Assembly: GCA_905178155.1 (NCBI GenBank)
Contig: CAJINV010000009.1
Coordinates: 620,001 to 684,000, forward strand
Direction of reading: 5' to 3'
Source: Amoebophrya sp. A120
Taxonomy: Eukaryota > Protista > Dinoflagellata
Length of the DNA stretch: 64,000 bases
Position numbers and translations under genes: made by a program. Under the pieces are notes generated by a model. That model saw only the letters and a list, made by a program, of their open reading frames with translations, had not been told where the DNA came from and made no database searches. Positions 23,747-37,999 of the stretch are shown piece after piece (position 1 is the stretch's first letter; every line of letters begins with the position of its first letter).

Positions 23747-25336
23747 ATGTCACGACTCAGTGGAGCGCCTCTTCTGCGGTTCTCGCTTGTTGCGGGATCA
23801 TTCCAGTTGTTGCTCCTGCGCAGCTTGATTTTCGGATCCCTGGTTTCCACTGGAGTCGATTTGGTTTTCGCGGACCCAGGTCTAAAGTTTCTCAACATGG
23901 CTGCCAGCATGAAAAACGCGACCACGGTTTCCGCAGGGGACTTGGAGGTGTCTGCCCGCGCGACGTTCCTCCAGGCCATGACGGGTTCTACCCAGGCCGA
24001 GCGACAGCAAGCATGGACCGAGCTAGACACTGCCTTCATCGGCACACAACATGCAAATACCGCCAACGAGCTGTTTCACCTGTTGGAAGTCTTGCAGGTT
24101 CACGATTTGCTGGACAGTAGTTACGATAACGATGACGAGGACGGTGAAGAACCTGTTGACCACGGGGACGGCGAAGATCGGCTTCGAAATGATGGCAGTA
24201 GTTCGCAGCTGCAAGAGGATGAGAACGACAACAATACTGGTGTTGACGAGGACGACAGTAATGAACATGCCCCTACTGGTGCCCGACCTGACCGCTTCGC
24301 CACCGCTCGCAGTCTTCTCGCTGACGCGGCTCTAGTGGCGTTGGATGAGAGGCAAAAGAGCAATCGACTCGTAAAATTTCTAAAGAAAACCTTTCGCGGC
24401 CCGCTGCTGTGGTCAGAAGTCGTGCCGCATCTTACGTTTTACAAAGTGAAGAGCGCTTCTAAGGGCCGCGAAGACGACCAAGACGCCGGCGCCACGCTTT
24501 TGGAAGCAGTGACGCGATTTCTCGACTACCACAAGGTTGTGCCCTTCCACTTGCAGGGTCTCGACGACGCGAAGTACCAACAAAAGTATCCACTGTCTCA
24601 CTTGATGCAGGTCGACTACGTTCCCGTATACGAGGAACGCGCTCGCAACCTCGCACAAGTAACCGCCGCTCGCCTGCAATGGGAGGCAAAAGCGATCAGT
24701 GCTGAAGTCGCAATTTTTTTGGGGCAGACAATGCAAAATGCGGAGGACCTGGTTTTTGCCGAGAAACTTCGCTTAGATTCTCCGGACGAGGAGAAAACAA
24801 GCAGCAGCGTCGCCCGTCGCGCAGAAAAAAAAGGGAAGCAGGCTGTCGAATGTAAGCGGACGGCGGCCACGGCGGAGCATCGGTTTTTGCCCCGGTTGCG
24901 TCAATTGCTGGTCACCGTCGGTCAAGTTTTGAACCAGATGCAAGCGAGTCACGGGGGTCCGGTGAAAGCCAGGCACGTCCTCAAATCGATGGTCAACGGA
25001 AAGCCAGTGGAAGAGCAGGACTTCGGTATTCAACTGCATGAAACCTCGACGGACGTCCAACTGAAAAGCGTGTCTGCTTTGAAAGAAATCGCGGAGCAAA
25101 CTGGCGGAGTCCATACCGAGAAGACGGTGTCGACGCTGGAGGAAGCGCAGGCAATGACGAAAACCATGGGTGTCTTCAGTTCCCAATTGAAATTGAAGTT
25201 GGCGGCCGCGTTGTGGAATGTGCGAGCCAAAGCGCGTCAAACCAAGAAGGAAATCGGGACTGCTGGGCCCCAGAAGACGAAAAAAGGCTTTCGATTTTTT
25301 GGCCGGTTGTTCCAGGGACAAGAGGGACGACACTAA
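23747..25336 (+). CDS. Hypothetical protein, 529 aa, hydrophobic N-terminus (possible signal), single exon
   Basis: Long ATG-initiated ORF with coding-like composition between AT-rich spacers; no family recognised. Confidence 0.7.
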   Translation: MSRLSGAPLLRFSLVAGSFQLLLLRSLIFGSLVSTGVDLVFADPGLKFLNMAASMKNATTVSAGDLEVSARATFLQAMTGSTQAERQQAWTELDTAFIGTQHANTANELFHLLEVLQVHDLLDSSYDNDDEDGEEPVDHGDGEDRLRNDGSSSQLQEDENDNNTGVDEDDSNEHAPTGARPDRFATARSLLADAALVALDERQKSNRLVKFLKKTFRGPLLWSEVVPHLTFYKVKSASKGREDDQDAGATLLEAVTRFLDYHKVVPFHLQGLDDAKYQQKYPLSHLMQVDYVPVYEERARNLAQVTAARLQWEAKAISAEVAIFLGQTMQNAEDLVFAEKLRLDSPDEEKTSSSVARRAEKKGKQAVECKRTAATAEHRFLPRLRQLLVTVGQVLNQMQASHGGPVKARHVLKSMVNGKPVEEQDFGIQLHETSTDVQLKSVSALKEIAEQTGGVHTEKTVSTLEEAQAMTKTMGVFSSQLKLKLAAALWNVRAKARQTKKEIGTAGPQKTKKGFRFFGRLFQGQEGRH

Positions 25337-26621
25337 ATGCACTTAGATGTTAGCCGCCCGACCTGGCTCCTCCTCCACGGAATCTTCCGGACGGTTTCTT
25401 CGCGTTTGAGATTGCACATTTGATTTGAGCATTGCAAGTGCTTGTTTTTTGTTTTCTCTTAGGCTGGTATGAATGTCTTCAACTTCGCGAGCGAGATTTT
25501 TCCTAAATGACGAAGACGTCGTGATTGGTAAGAGGAGCTGAAAGCCGTGTAGTAAAACTTCTTTTTTTTTTTACAATTGCATGATATTTTTGTAAAATCA
25601 TATTTTTTTGAATCCCATTGCTATTTGCAACTTGATGAGCATGTGCTTTTCAACATTCATGTAGGGTTTGACATTTGCGTAAAAGTTGTTTGCGCCTCGC
25701 TCTATGTAGAATTTGCGCCACCAACTAGAAGAAGTACAACTTCATGCTTGATGTTTAGCTTCTTACCGATGTCATTCTACCCCAACCTCATCGCAAGGCA
25801 AGAGAAAAAAATAAAAAGTTGAAATGTAGAATTTTTTTATCGAGCAGGAAAAGAGACAGATGCAGCTTGTTGTAGAATCTTGCATTATTCTAAAGACAGA
25901 TAAGATGAAATAGTTTTATTTATTTGCTGCTAGTCCTTCTACTGTCGCGAGAACATGGAAAACATGTTGGAAACCGAACGAACATGCAAGTTCGTGTTGG
26001 CCTGAACCCTAAAGGAAAGAAGACGGCGACTCACTATCACGTCAGGAGTTGTATGGGGTTCTTGCGGAGGTTTTTCTTTGAGCAACACCATCTTGCACAA
26101 TCCGAGCTCGCTACCTTTCTTATCGCACGCGCGCGGCCTCGTCCAGTTTGCATTTGACGAGGATAGCAGTGGCTAGGTGTTCCAGAGGGATGAGAAAGCT
26201 TTTGTCTATTTGAACAACCTGAAGTTTCGTTTCGCAAATCCTGCCTCGCCGGTGTAGTTGTTCTTTTATTCATTTGATATCTTTGTTCGAGGAGCGCGTT
26301 TCAAACGGCGGAAGAGGTCGTGACTCAAAAAGCTTGCTTTTTGCGCAGAGCTATGTTACCGTAGTTGTTCTTGCTCGGAATTTGCACCCGCTATGTACTC
26401 GGAACAATCTTCAAAATGATAAAACCCTAATCAAACTCTCATTAATAATATCGTACCAGCGACGATTGAAAATCGTAGAAAGAATCGAATATATGATAAC
26501 AAGTACAAGAAATAGAAAGTATCATCAACATAAGCATATACAAACTCACGCACAAATAAAAAAGCGAAAAAGAAAAGGGTTTGAATAGTGGAAGTGGAAC
26601 TTCTACATCAGGGAGAACATA

Positions 26622-28098
26622 ATGTCGCAAGAGTCTACATCCACCATCGATGGCGAGATGCCACTGGTGAATGCGAAGACAATATGGATTGCAAAAGCAT
26701 CGTAGCGTACTAGTGTAAGAACTGTAAATTGCATGTACAAGAAATGAACTCAACAGCATTACATAAAATAATAAAATTTGTAATGTGGATTTTCCTTAAC
26801 GCAGCAAGATTTTTTGACTGCGATTTCTACGAGTGCGGTGCTTTTGCAATGCATAGACAAATCAGGTGGTGCAATCCTTCATACTCCAGTACAAAGGGCC
26901 GGGTGGGCAGCACCTTTGCTTGCGCGAAAAGACCTTCTCGACGATCGAGCAGGCGTTTTCGCACAAGGACCTTGCTGGCAAGGTGCTCGAGAAGAAGGAG
27001 GATCCAAAGCGAGCGTACTACTACCGTCTGTTAATGGAAGCAGAGATGAACGAGGATAGCGACGGTACACAGTATTTTATGTACTATGTCGAAGAAAGAA
27101 GCCTACTTCCACTGCTCGTTTCCTTTCCTTGTTTCGACTATTCTTTTTTTTGCCGCACATTTTTGTTTCGTACGGGTAATTTTGCTTCTGGTTCTGGCTC
27201 ATCCTCATCCACCTGTCGTAATCGTTTCAATTGACAACGACCCCTCCCGCTGCAGATGACGACATGTCCGAGTGGTCAGATGAGGACGAGAACCCGGGGG
27301 CTTCGCACGAGCAAGTAGGTAATCCCTCTGGCAGGCGAAGCGATCCTACTACGACTTCGGGCATGAAGCATGCCGGTCCCTCCCCTGAGGTCGCCCCATT
27401 TGTGACCAAAACCGCGACCGGCTTCTGTCTGGGGCCGATCCCGGGAGTGAAGCAGCTCAATCGACAGCAACAGGCGAAACTCCGGGAGGACCGTGCAAAG
27501 GAGGCCCAGGAGTTTTACATGGCACAGAAGAAGAAAAATGACCTACGGGAGGCGAAGAAATGTAGCATTTCCGTTCACACCACATCTGCAGCTTTTTCGT
27601 GCCGTTTATCTATGTGCTTGGATGGAAGTTGCTGTTGTATCATGGTTGCTTTTGTTGCACTTGAACTCGCAATGGAAGTTGTTGCAGTTCGTGAACATTA
27701 CAAAATTATTTGCAGATTTCGCGGAAGCGCGGGGTCTTTTAGTCTCCCGCAGTGAACTCCGTGCGGCATTGGAGAAGAACACGCAATTTCCGGCTGTGGT
27801 GGAGACAAAAGCCAGATTTGGTCCAGCTTGTTTCATCGGTGCGGTTCAGTACAGGAAGAAGCTTTTCTCCTGGGCACCGGCCCCGCCCAGCGTCTCCTCG
27901 TTGGAGCAACCTATCAGCACGGGAAAGACGATGAAAAAGCCCAGCAAGCCGGCAGTCGTGTCCGTCAACAAGATGGTGCAGAAGGAGCGGAAGCGCGGTG
28001 GTTCTCCATATCGTGGAGAGAAGATGAAGGCACTGCGCCAGCGGATTCGAGAGAAGGAAATGCAAAACGTCTTCGGGGCACTATTCGACGACGAGTAA
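26622..28098 (+). CDS. Hypothetical multi-exon protein
   Basis: GT-AG-bounded exons (about 26622-26666, 26866-27064, 27257-27561, 27716-28098) join in frame; ends VFGALFDDE*. Confidence 0.55.
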
Positions 28099-29712
28099 GC
28101 AAGCACGACGAGCAGACGTCGTTGTGTTGAAACTTCCGCGACCACACAGATTCTGCGTCCACCTGCAGCTTCTCGCCACTTACCCGTCCGCACAATAGTA
28201 CCGTGCAATTAATATTTCAAAGCACGTCTTCAGGTCTCTGATCAGAATCAAAACTCGGATTATTTATCTCATCTGTCGCAAACTTTCAACAAACTACAGG
28301 GAACGCATCGACAATTTACAACGGTACTTCCAATTTATCATCAACATTTGCACAAAAAATGCAACTTCTACAGAAGGCGAACTGATACTGAATAAACTCT
28401 ACCAGATGAAGATTGAAGATGAGCTACCTGCTGGTTCAGAAAATATGACTTTACAGAATATTTGTTACCCATTTTGCAACAACGGAGATACTGAGAGCTA
28501 TCGTCTGAAGTAGCTGATCTCGGATTTTCATTGAAAACCAAACGTATTTCTATTTTGCCCGCTAATTTAATGAAGAACAGGAAATGGAGCAACGCAAGCG
28601 AATTCGAATATCATGTATTTCAAGAAGAGGAGACAAAGCACAACCGACACCGCAGAATCTTCAAGAAGCTAGGGCAATAAGCAGCAGTGTGGGCTTGTGT
28701 GAAACTACAACATCAGAAAGTACCATCAAGAGCACCCGTTTTTATATACGTCTAAGGGACTTCGTAATTGTGCTGGCACGAACACGAACTGCCTACACGC
28801 ATCATCTGCGTTAAAAAGCGAGAACTCTGTTGAACAATCTCTGTCCAAGTACTCAGACCTGACCGTAATAAACTGTAACTGTAATCAACAAAAATAAAAA
28901 ATCAAAAACTATCACTATTCCACCAGCCTCCCGTAGCTGTCTTCATAAGGACCTCGCATCGACGGTCAGCACGGCGCGGGCCCATCGGCATGGGATATTC
29001 ATGCATCTTCGCGTTGTAGTTGTTCTCTGTAATTGCGCGGAACGGGGGCGGGGCTGCACACACGACATACCCTGACTTTGAGAAAGTAGTGAAAGACGTG
29101 GTTTCAAAGGAGAGCAACAGGGTGAGGGTAGACATGATGTTCTTGCGCAATTAGATTTGGAAAAGGCGGCGCGATAGGATCTATGGGGGAAGCAGCGTTT
29201 CGGTTGTAAATACGGACAGGTTCGCCACTTCCGTGACTGACACCAACGCTGCCGAAATGGAGCTGGCGGCAAAGATTTACACGACGACGCATCGGATTCA
29301 TTTCAATACGTGAACTCGGCTTGTTGACAGGAGCTCATCGAAATTGTGATGTGGTTAGTCGTCAAGGTCAGGTGATTTGGTTGCTCTTTCATGTAATCAT
29401 TGGCTCGTGACCTTGGTGTTGGTAGCATTCTTTCTCTTTGGTTTTTGAATGTCTTGACGGCCACGGCGCCGGGCAATCATTCATAATTTCACGACAGGCC
29501 GCTGGCGATACACAGCCAGCGGCGGCCTTTTTTCCTTTGGTTTTCTTTGACAACTCCTGCAGCGAGCATTTACATGCAAGAGTAACGTAACGGCTGCAGC
29601 CGTAGGAATAGGATTAGGTATGAAAAAGCCAAAATCGCAAGACTACTTCGACCGTGTGGAGGATGTGAAGACCTAGGTTTTGTTCATTCTTCGCCTTCGC
29701 AGCGGGACAAAA

Positions 29713-32700
29713 ATGACCAGCGTTAATATTCAAGTCGGGACGGGACCGTCCTCTTCCTCTACGTCCAAAAGTAGAGACAATGGTGCCTCAGATCTTGCCG
29801 GGGAGGAGGAGCCATTGCTGGTGCAGTTCCGGACGAGATTGGCCGCCGTGGCAGCCAGCAAGGACGCGGTCGTCGCAACGAAGTTGAAAGACCCACGAAT
29901 GTCGCACGCCGACTACCTGCGCAAGTTCCTCGTCGCGCGGCAGTCCAACCTGGACAAGGCAGCCGACATATCCACAGTAAATTTCCCGTACACGTACAAA
30001 TGCAATCTCTCCATGACAAAACTTGCCTTCAATCCTAGTCTAGCATGACAAGTTCGACACTGCAAGTTAGCGAAATTTGTCATTGCATTTTCTACATGTT
30101 TGTACGGGAAATTTACATTGCATACGACATGCTGGTAGCGCATTTCCACTGGAGGGACAAGATGAACTGTGATGAGGTAAGTTCTAGCTTCCGCAAAGCA
30201 TCTTCTATAGCGTGACTCCTGCATTACATCGATCAACCGAATGACACGTGTCGAGTCCACACTAAGAAGGTAGTTGTACTTAGGCTGTAGGCTCGTGATC
30301 GTTTCTACTTCGACTTGTAAGTCGTTAATCAATTTTTAGCCCCATAATGTCATCAACATCTACTCGTCATTTTTCTTTGTATTTTGCCGAAGTGCTGCAC
30401 TTTTTCCACCTCTTCTTTTGTACACCCTGCGACCAGGTTCTTTCCCAGCACAGAAGTGGAAAATTGTTCTCCCCCTCTGTTATTGGGACCTTGAAGAAGG
30501 CGTACCCCCATGGGTACTGCGGGGTCGACAAACAGGGATCCCCGGTGTACTACGAGCGCATTGGGCAGCTGGATGTGAAGGAGGTTTTGAAAACAGTGTC
30601 CGAGGAACAGTTTCTCCTGTACTTTATCGCGGAGGCAGAGAAAACCGCCTGGATCCGCATGCCCGCAGCGACGGAGTACTTCCACCGGAAACAAGAGGCG
30701 GCTGCGGTAAAGGCGTGTGAAAGTAGAGACGGCTCCACCAAAGTAGAACCGCCACCAGCACCGCCGCCCTCGTCCACCTCTTCCTCAAAGCCGCGGATCA
30801 CGAAGGGCGTGTCGGTACTGGATGTGCAGGGGATCGGGATGGGTTTCTTGGGCAAGACCACCCGGTCCGTGATTGCGCAAATCGGCTCCATGATGTCGGA
30901 CAACTACCCGGAATCGGCGAAGACAATCGTGATCATCAACAGCAGCCGGGTGGCGACCATGCTGTGGCCGGCGGTGCGGGCGTTCATCAATCCCGACACT
31001 GCGAAGAAAATCAAGCTCGTGTCCAAGGCGAAGACTTTCCAAACGCTGGAGGAGCTAATCCAGCCAGAGTGGATTCCCAGCTGGATCCCCGGCGGGAAGT
31101 GCACGCTGTGCGGCGACAACCTGGACCGCGACGTGGGGCCGTGGGTGGAAGGGTGGGAAGAGATGGAAAAACTCGTCTTTCCAAACGACAGTTGCTACTT
31201 TCACAACGCAGCAAATAACCGAGGAGATCTTGTTGACCCGAAAGCAGGCGACAGAACGCTGACCAAGCGCTCGCGTTCTAGGAGCAAGGCACTGCTCATG
31301 AGCGGCAAGAATGCGGCGCTCGGCATTGGTCGGAGGCTCGTCAGACAGCATTCGCAGGAACGCAGCAAGACCCCGGACCTCGACAAGAGAAAAAGTAGCA
31401 AGGAGAGCGACAGCACCGATCTGAAGAAGGGCGGACTCGTGAAACGCCGAAGCTATTCGTCCGGGGAGGTGATCGAGTTCCCGGAAGGACGGAAGAACGT
31501 GCCGCTAGGAACGACGTCTGGGACTGCAGGAACATCAAGTGGGGCGGTTCCGTGCGTCGGAAACATCATCAAGAGCAGCAGAAACAACAACACCAAATCC
31601 GCTGCTGCAGCTACGAGTTCAACATTCGGAAGTAAAATAAACCAGGCGAGCGGCACAACTGGTCATGTCGAGATCGACATTGATACCGCCTCGTTTGCCA
31701 CGCGATCGCGGTCGCTCTCCTACGACGACGCTCCCTCGACCGCTAACGCGGGACAGCGTGATCTGGAAGAAGAACAGATCAATGCAGGTCGCCCTGTTGG
31801 CGTTGGCCTTTGCGAGATGTTGACCTGTAGTAGAACGCCAGGGACTACTTCTGACAACACGGCACTGAACACAGGCGGAGATCAGCTTGTGCACACGATC
31901 AACGTGCTGCCGCTAGGACCATCGACGTCCTCTTCTCGGGGTAGCTCGGGTCCAATTCTTGCGTCATCCGGCGACCAGGACGACAACGACACTCTTGCGG
32001 TCGCTGGTGGTCCAGGTTCGATGAGTAAGGCCAGCAGCGCACAGTCTATCTGCGCAGATGAGCAAGAGCAGACACCAGACCTTCAAAGGGGACTGAGGTA
32101 GAGATATTTATATATCTGTTTCGTCGTTCTTACGTTTGGTTTGGTAATTTTGAAAGAGCGTGCTGGCGCAAGAGCAACCCCAACCATCAGCTCCAGTCTC
32201 CATGCCGCGTTGCCATTGGCGGCCGTGGGGGCCGGGACGTCTTTTAAAAAGCAAGGGTTGCAGATGTTGCATTCTGACAGCACCAGATTGATGGTCAAAC
32301 CAAGTGGTGGACGAATGAAGTAAGGATGTGAAGATGTCCATCCGCTACTGTACTACAACAACAGCATCTACACGACTGAATCGCGGGAGCGCGATACGGA
32401 CGCCCCCGAGACCTCCGTGCGGTATTGGAGCGCAACTTCGCGCAACCGCCTGGCGGAGGAGGAGGAGCTTGGCATCGTGGATCCAGAACACGTGGCAGTC
32501 AATCTGCTCGGCTCCCCGCTGACGGATACGAGCCCCGCGGATTGCCAGTTTCTGCAGAAGACCGAACGGGACAGAACGGCGCTGCTAGGTTCCGGCGCAC
32601 AGGAAAGCTTCGTCCCCGGCGATCCGGCCAACCCCCGACCGTCCAAGTTTACGCGCTTGTGCCGGAAGTTCGCCAATTATTGCTGCCCGCGACGCACGCG

Positions 32701-32734
32701 GAACAAGGAACTGAAAGCAGGTTTGGTCGTATAG
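29713..32734 (+). CDS. SEC14: Sec14/CRAL-TRIO lipid transfer protein with disordered C-terminal tail
   Basis: YLRKFLVARQSNLDKAADMLVAHFHWR (after element removal), YPHGYCGVDKQGSPVYYERIGQLD, SDNYPES, FINPDTAKKIK, IPSWIPGGKC; GT-AG intron 30177-30436; 3' exon structure approximate. Confidence 0.9.
29969..30124. mobile_element. TIR introner (156 bp) in the Sec14 N-terminal domain
   Basis: tatccacagtaaatttcccgtaca...tgtacgggaaatttacattgcata (16-bp perfect core); DR cgaca (29964-68 / 30125-29). Removing 161 nt restores DKAADMLVAHFHWR. Confidence 0.92.
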
Positions 32735-34271
32735 GCGGTAGTTCCATAGTACCAAGAACGCGATGATCATCTAAGACCTGCAGTAGAAAAGTAGAGTATA
32801 TATTGCTGTTGATGAATCCCATCAATCCAGGCAGTTTATTATTTTTCCAGATGAAGCATTCATTTTCATCTTTGCTTGTGCACGAGCACGACCTGGATCG
32901 CTTCTTTTTATTTTTTGTCGCTACGCGTTGCATTTATCTGAAACTTCTGCAACTGCCATTTAAAAATCTTTTGTATCTAGTCATTTGCAGCTACACAGCG
33001 TCTTTTTAGATTTTATTTCTTCGCGCTTTTGATATTTTTTCTGGTGACCATCGCCACATGCGGTTTCTTCTAAATTAACGCCACACAGTGGATTGCGACA
33101 TGAGCACCGGGACCGGCGGCCTGATCTACCAGACCTCTTCATTTTGATTTTCTTCCCTTCGCTAAAGCGAACCCTATTATTGAGCCAACACTCAGCCATC
33201 CACAACAGAGAGAAGCTCCTGATTAGGAGCAAGACGACGTGTAGAAAAGAACAACATCAAAAGAATTTCGACTTCCATCGATAGTATTTGCGACCTTCAT
33301 TCCAAGCTCATTAAAAATTCAAACAGCGCGAGCGCCACCACTTTTAAGCAGTGTGCTGCGGGGTACTTATCTACGCCATTACTGTCCAGCGGGCTCGAAG
33401 TGCCTGCGCCCTCCTGGATAAATTATAGTCAAAACCAGCATGATCGCAGCTGGATTGTAAGACTCTAATCTCTTTATGTATTTCCAATACAGCGTCTACC
33501 AACTCCAACATGGTAGTCCTTATGCGACTGTGAACGCCAAGAGAAACACTGTGTCTCCCCTTTCCCCCACTAGTACTGCTCTCATCCGGGGCTGGACCTG
33601 GCTAGTTGCTCATGCTCTCGCTACAATAAATGTGCTGGCTTTAATTTTCAGTTGACTGTTGACATCAAATACATGAATGCGATAGGTCTAGGTCAATAAC
33701 TCATACGATTATACCCACTTTTCGAAGACGGCGCAACAGAAGCAGACATGCTCTTTCCATCTGACTTGGACTCAATGACTCAAATGATGCGTCAAATAAG
33801 GACAGAATCAGAAGACGTGGAAAAGAAGCGCATGAAGCAGAGTGAGTTCGGGTTCTATACTGTGTAGTCTCTTCATTGCAGTAGATGTTCGTTTTATTCT
33901 CTTGTACGGACGATATGAGCATTTTTACGATTACCGAGCCCGAGCAAATGTGTGAAGGAAATTTTTCGGTACTGCTACTGTCAATGCAAAAGACGTGCTG
34001 ACCAGGTCTACTGTAACTGTTTTCGATACCACTAAGCTGTAGTGAAAGCCTGTTACCTTCTTCTTTCATCTGAGCGTTATTCAACATTGTCAGTTATTTG
34101 ACTGCTAGTACTCCTCATTTTGAGTAGAAGTCTCGCGTACTACGCGAACACTGTAAACTGTAAACTGTAAACTTATGTGTACGTACTAGCTTTCGCTCTT
34201 CCACGCTATAGCACCGCATCTACTCAACTTCAAGAAGTGATAGACAGTAGCTGGGGATCCCGTCTATCACC

Positions 34272-37137
34272 ATGGAAGCTTCTGTGAACAGCGGAGCTAC
34301 ACCAAGCTCCAGCTCCACCTATTTCAAGCACGGCAAGAATGCAGCCGAAATGGAGCAGCACACCCACAGTCAAGACCTGCCTCGGGAATTTTTCCAGACT
34401 ATTATCGTAGCAAGATTTCGATTCGACGTTGAAGCCCAAGCCGCCGTCGCTTCTCTCATAACCTTTGCGAAGGAATGAAGCCCGTCATCTGCAGTTGTCG
34501 TGATCATGTACTAGTACAAATGAACATAGAGCGATGGAGTAGACTGTCCTTATGTTGAGCTGTATGTCGTTCCTGCGTTAGCCGCTAGTAACTAAATGTC
34601 GGGCTGGGGAGGTGGATGTCTTCGCATCATTATTTCGTTCTATTTCTATTTCTACTCTTGTTTGTTGAGAGTGGAAGGACGCTGCAATGCGTCTACAGAA
34701 TGCAAATGCTAGGGGTAGGGTGTACTGATTCGTCGAAATTTTGGTGCAATAGCCAAGCCGTCAAGTATACGAGTTCTGGTGGACGATGGAATCGCGGCGA
34801 AACAGTGGAAGGTCGACCCAAGCCTGGTGTACCAGGAATGCGATCATGTACTTGTGCATAGTCACTTCTCCGATGATGTTGTAGCTGTTCCTTATCTTAT
34901 TTCCTCTGAGAGCATGAACGGACGAGCTCGACAAACAGCATGCAGCACTGGAATTTGTTGACTGATTTGCAGTATGTCGCTGTTGGAGCTCCTGCTTCTC
35001 TGCCTCTGGCAGCGCTGCGTACGCTGGCTGCCACTTGGGGCAAACAATATTTTTCGTAGGAACAATCTTGCAAATATTCAGGTGCGTCTGAGCAGTGCCG
35101 CCAACATGGCGGAAGTACACCAGAAAGTGGAGCAAGTCCAGTCATATCTAAATTCACTCGGTATTTTCAAGGAAGCGACTACCGTCATCGACCGGGGGGA
35201 AGGTAAGGACAGATGAATATTACGTTTTGGTTTTTCGTTGCTGCGGGAATGAGTGAGAACAAACATCACAACAAGAAATGGAAGGAAATTATTTATCAAC
35301 ATGTACTACAGGAGAAGACGACATAGACGTGATATTTCACCTCCGCCCGATCAAGCCCCATTATTCGTTTGGGGCGAATGTGAATGGCAAGGGGCAGACC
35401 GTATGCCAACCGAAGCCCCCTCCCAGCACCTCGCTCGCAAAAATTTGTATAAAGCTACTGCACAGAAGATGAAGAACTTATCAATTGCGGAACGTAACTA
35501 GATGCATTCTGTGCCTGCGAGATCGACGAGAAGATGTCTACGCATCCATGCAAATTGAGGGCAAGCTAAGGAGGCTTTTTTAATCAGCATAGACCACGGC
35601 AGAGTTTAATTTCGATATACCATGCATCAACGGGTCCTGCACCAGTGCGAAATGCACCGCCAAGACCCCCACCTGGCGAATATTGGAAGGCTACGAAACG
35701 CAGGCGTCCTTGTTCACGAAGAGGCTGTTCGGCGTCCGAAATCTGAACGCGTCGCTGGACCTCAACAGTTCCGTGAATGACCTGAAACCGTACTCCAGCT
35801 ACGACGAGATGAGCAAATCGGTCAACCTCAACCTCGGCCTGGGTCCGCACAACTTGTCGCTGGAGGCCTACAATCTCAGAGACGTCGTGCTCGCAATGGG
35901 GCAGGTTTCACTACTTTCTCTGTGTCAATCCCGTCGGCTTTTCCCTGGACATTTGCAGCACCATGATAATTTCGACGAATAGGAATTGCGGCCAGGGCTA
36001 GGACTACAAAAGAAACAGTGGTCTAATGCCCCGTCAGTGTTCTTTGTTCTCTTTTCTGAGTTGTGGATGAAGTCCTCCACGGATGACAACGAAAGCGAAA
36101 TGAAAACAACCCAGGCCTCCACCGCGATGCAGATGAGCCGCTTGCGTTCGATAAAAACGGGCTGTCGCTACACGTGGACGCATCGAACGCCTGGCGGCTT
36201 TTTTGCGAAGTGGTCCACCGAGGTCGCGGGGCTCACTGGCGACGTGAATCTCGCAAAGGGCGACGCCTGCGTCAGCAAAACGTGGTCTTTCACCATGCCT
36301 CCCCTCGGGCTTTTCGAGGACGAGAAACCGTCCCTGTGGCACTTCACCGCGATGGCCGCCGCAGGGCACGCCGCCCCGCTTGACTCCAGGCCGCTCTGCA
36401 TCCAGGACCGCTTCTTCCTCGGGGGCAGCAACGGCTTTGTGAACACGATCTGCAAGGGTAAGGGCAAATAAAGAACAAAATAGGTTGGCTGTTCGTCGTG
36501 TTCCGAATCCGAAATTACGGAATTCCTGCAGTTCATTTCCGTTTTTTTCCATGTGAGGAATACAAGTAGTAGACCACTTGGCCGCAACCACCTCAAGTAG
36601 ATCAAAAGCTTTGGAGGTGCAGCGGTTCTTTTAGAGTGCGACAACTTTTCTTTTTCTCAGCCAGGCTGTCGTAGTCGATGTAAAACCGCAATTAAAACTG
36701 TTTTGGCAGGTTTTGGCTTTCGGCGATTTGGCCCTTGCGATGCGAGGCCAGCGGGTAGCGGCACTGCATCCTCCCCAACAACTACGTCTCGCAGGGGATC
36801 CTCTGGAGGTGCATCTTCCTCATCTTCACAGGCACCTCAGTACGATTACCTCGGCGGGGACACGTACAGCAATTTTGCAGTGTCCTTGTCCCGCGACATA
36901 CCCCTTCGGGAGCAGCAGGTCGGTCGAGTGTTCGCGTTCGCGCAGGCCGCGAGCCTCGGGAACGGGCTGGAGCAGACTGTGACGAAGCCAGAAAACTACC
37001 GTGTATCGACGGGCTTCGGCGTCGGTTTTCCGTTTTTCCCCGGCTGCGAGTTCCAAATAAGCGGGTGCTTTCCGCTGCAATTCAAGCCGACCGACGTCCG
37101 CGAGTCTTTGCAGTTTGGCTTGCGGTTTCAGGGTTGA
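34272..37137 (+). CDS. SAM50: Mitochondrial outer-membrane beta-barrel assembly protein Sam50/Tob55 (Omp85 family), multi-exon
   Basis: LNSLGIFK (POTRA), EVAGLTGDV, QDRFFLGG, GFGFRRFGP, DYLGGD, RVSTGFGV and C-terminal LQFGLRFQG; several GT-AG introns. Start codon and first intron uncertain. Confidence 0.85.
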
Positions 37138-37999
37138 CCGTGATGATGCCGGTGCAACACGAGCATAGGAGGTGGGGGCGGCCCGTGCCGTGACTGATCA
37201 TTCACGTGGATGATTTTTTGAAGCAGAATCTTCGTGCGTCGCGAAAGCGATCAAAGAAGTAAGCCGCTGCACAGGAAATGAACCAAAAAAATCATTCCTA
37301 GAAATTTCTATCCTGGCTGCTCTCTCACTCTCTGGAACCGAGACCAACTTCGTCTGCGTCTGGCTTCCCTTCGGTTCCTGCTCTCCACAACTAAGTACTT
37401 TCGACGGTAGTTCTACTGGGGAGCTTCTTACTTGCAGGTTCGAGCAGAGGATACACGAGGCGCAGCGGGGGCGACGCCATCGAAGATGAGTTTTCAGCAT
37501 CGGTCTTTCTCTGTGGCCGCTCTTACGACACATCACAAACGTACGATGATCCGTCCGCATCGCAAACAGACTGCAGAAAGGGCTGTCACGCAAATCCCAC
37601 ACACAGAAAAGCAAAGAAATACAAATTCAAATACCTCTGACACGTCGGTGCGTGACGAGAGCATGAGCACCTGCACCGGCAGCAGAGCACGAAGCTTGCT
37701 CCTCGTATTTCTCATGACGTGTTCTTCACATGGTGCAGCCAGTAGAATACGAACACTAAGTGGTCGTGGTCTCGACCTAAGTTTACTAGCCGCGCAGTAT
37801 ATCATGTCGATTGCCAGCCTAGAGATCGTGCGCACCAGGCATGGTCTTCCAGTAGGCCGGTTCCAAGAAAAAAACAACTTCCTGTAAACACATGAGCGTT
37901 GCTCGGTCGTAGTGCGCAAAACTGCTTTAGGACACGTCTCGTCGTCATCTAGAGTCACCACCTAGAGGATCATAAGGCACAAATTCCTGTAGTCAGAAG

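Noticed and set aside
29498-29533. GC hairpin followed by a T run resembling a rho-independent terminator
   Set aside because: Eukaryotic context, upstream of a gene start, single instance.
34151-34173. Short tandem (ctgtaaa)x3; also a duplicated 18-mer ttttcttttgttccgacg near 40097-40147
   Set aside because: Simple slippage-type repeats with no further structure.
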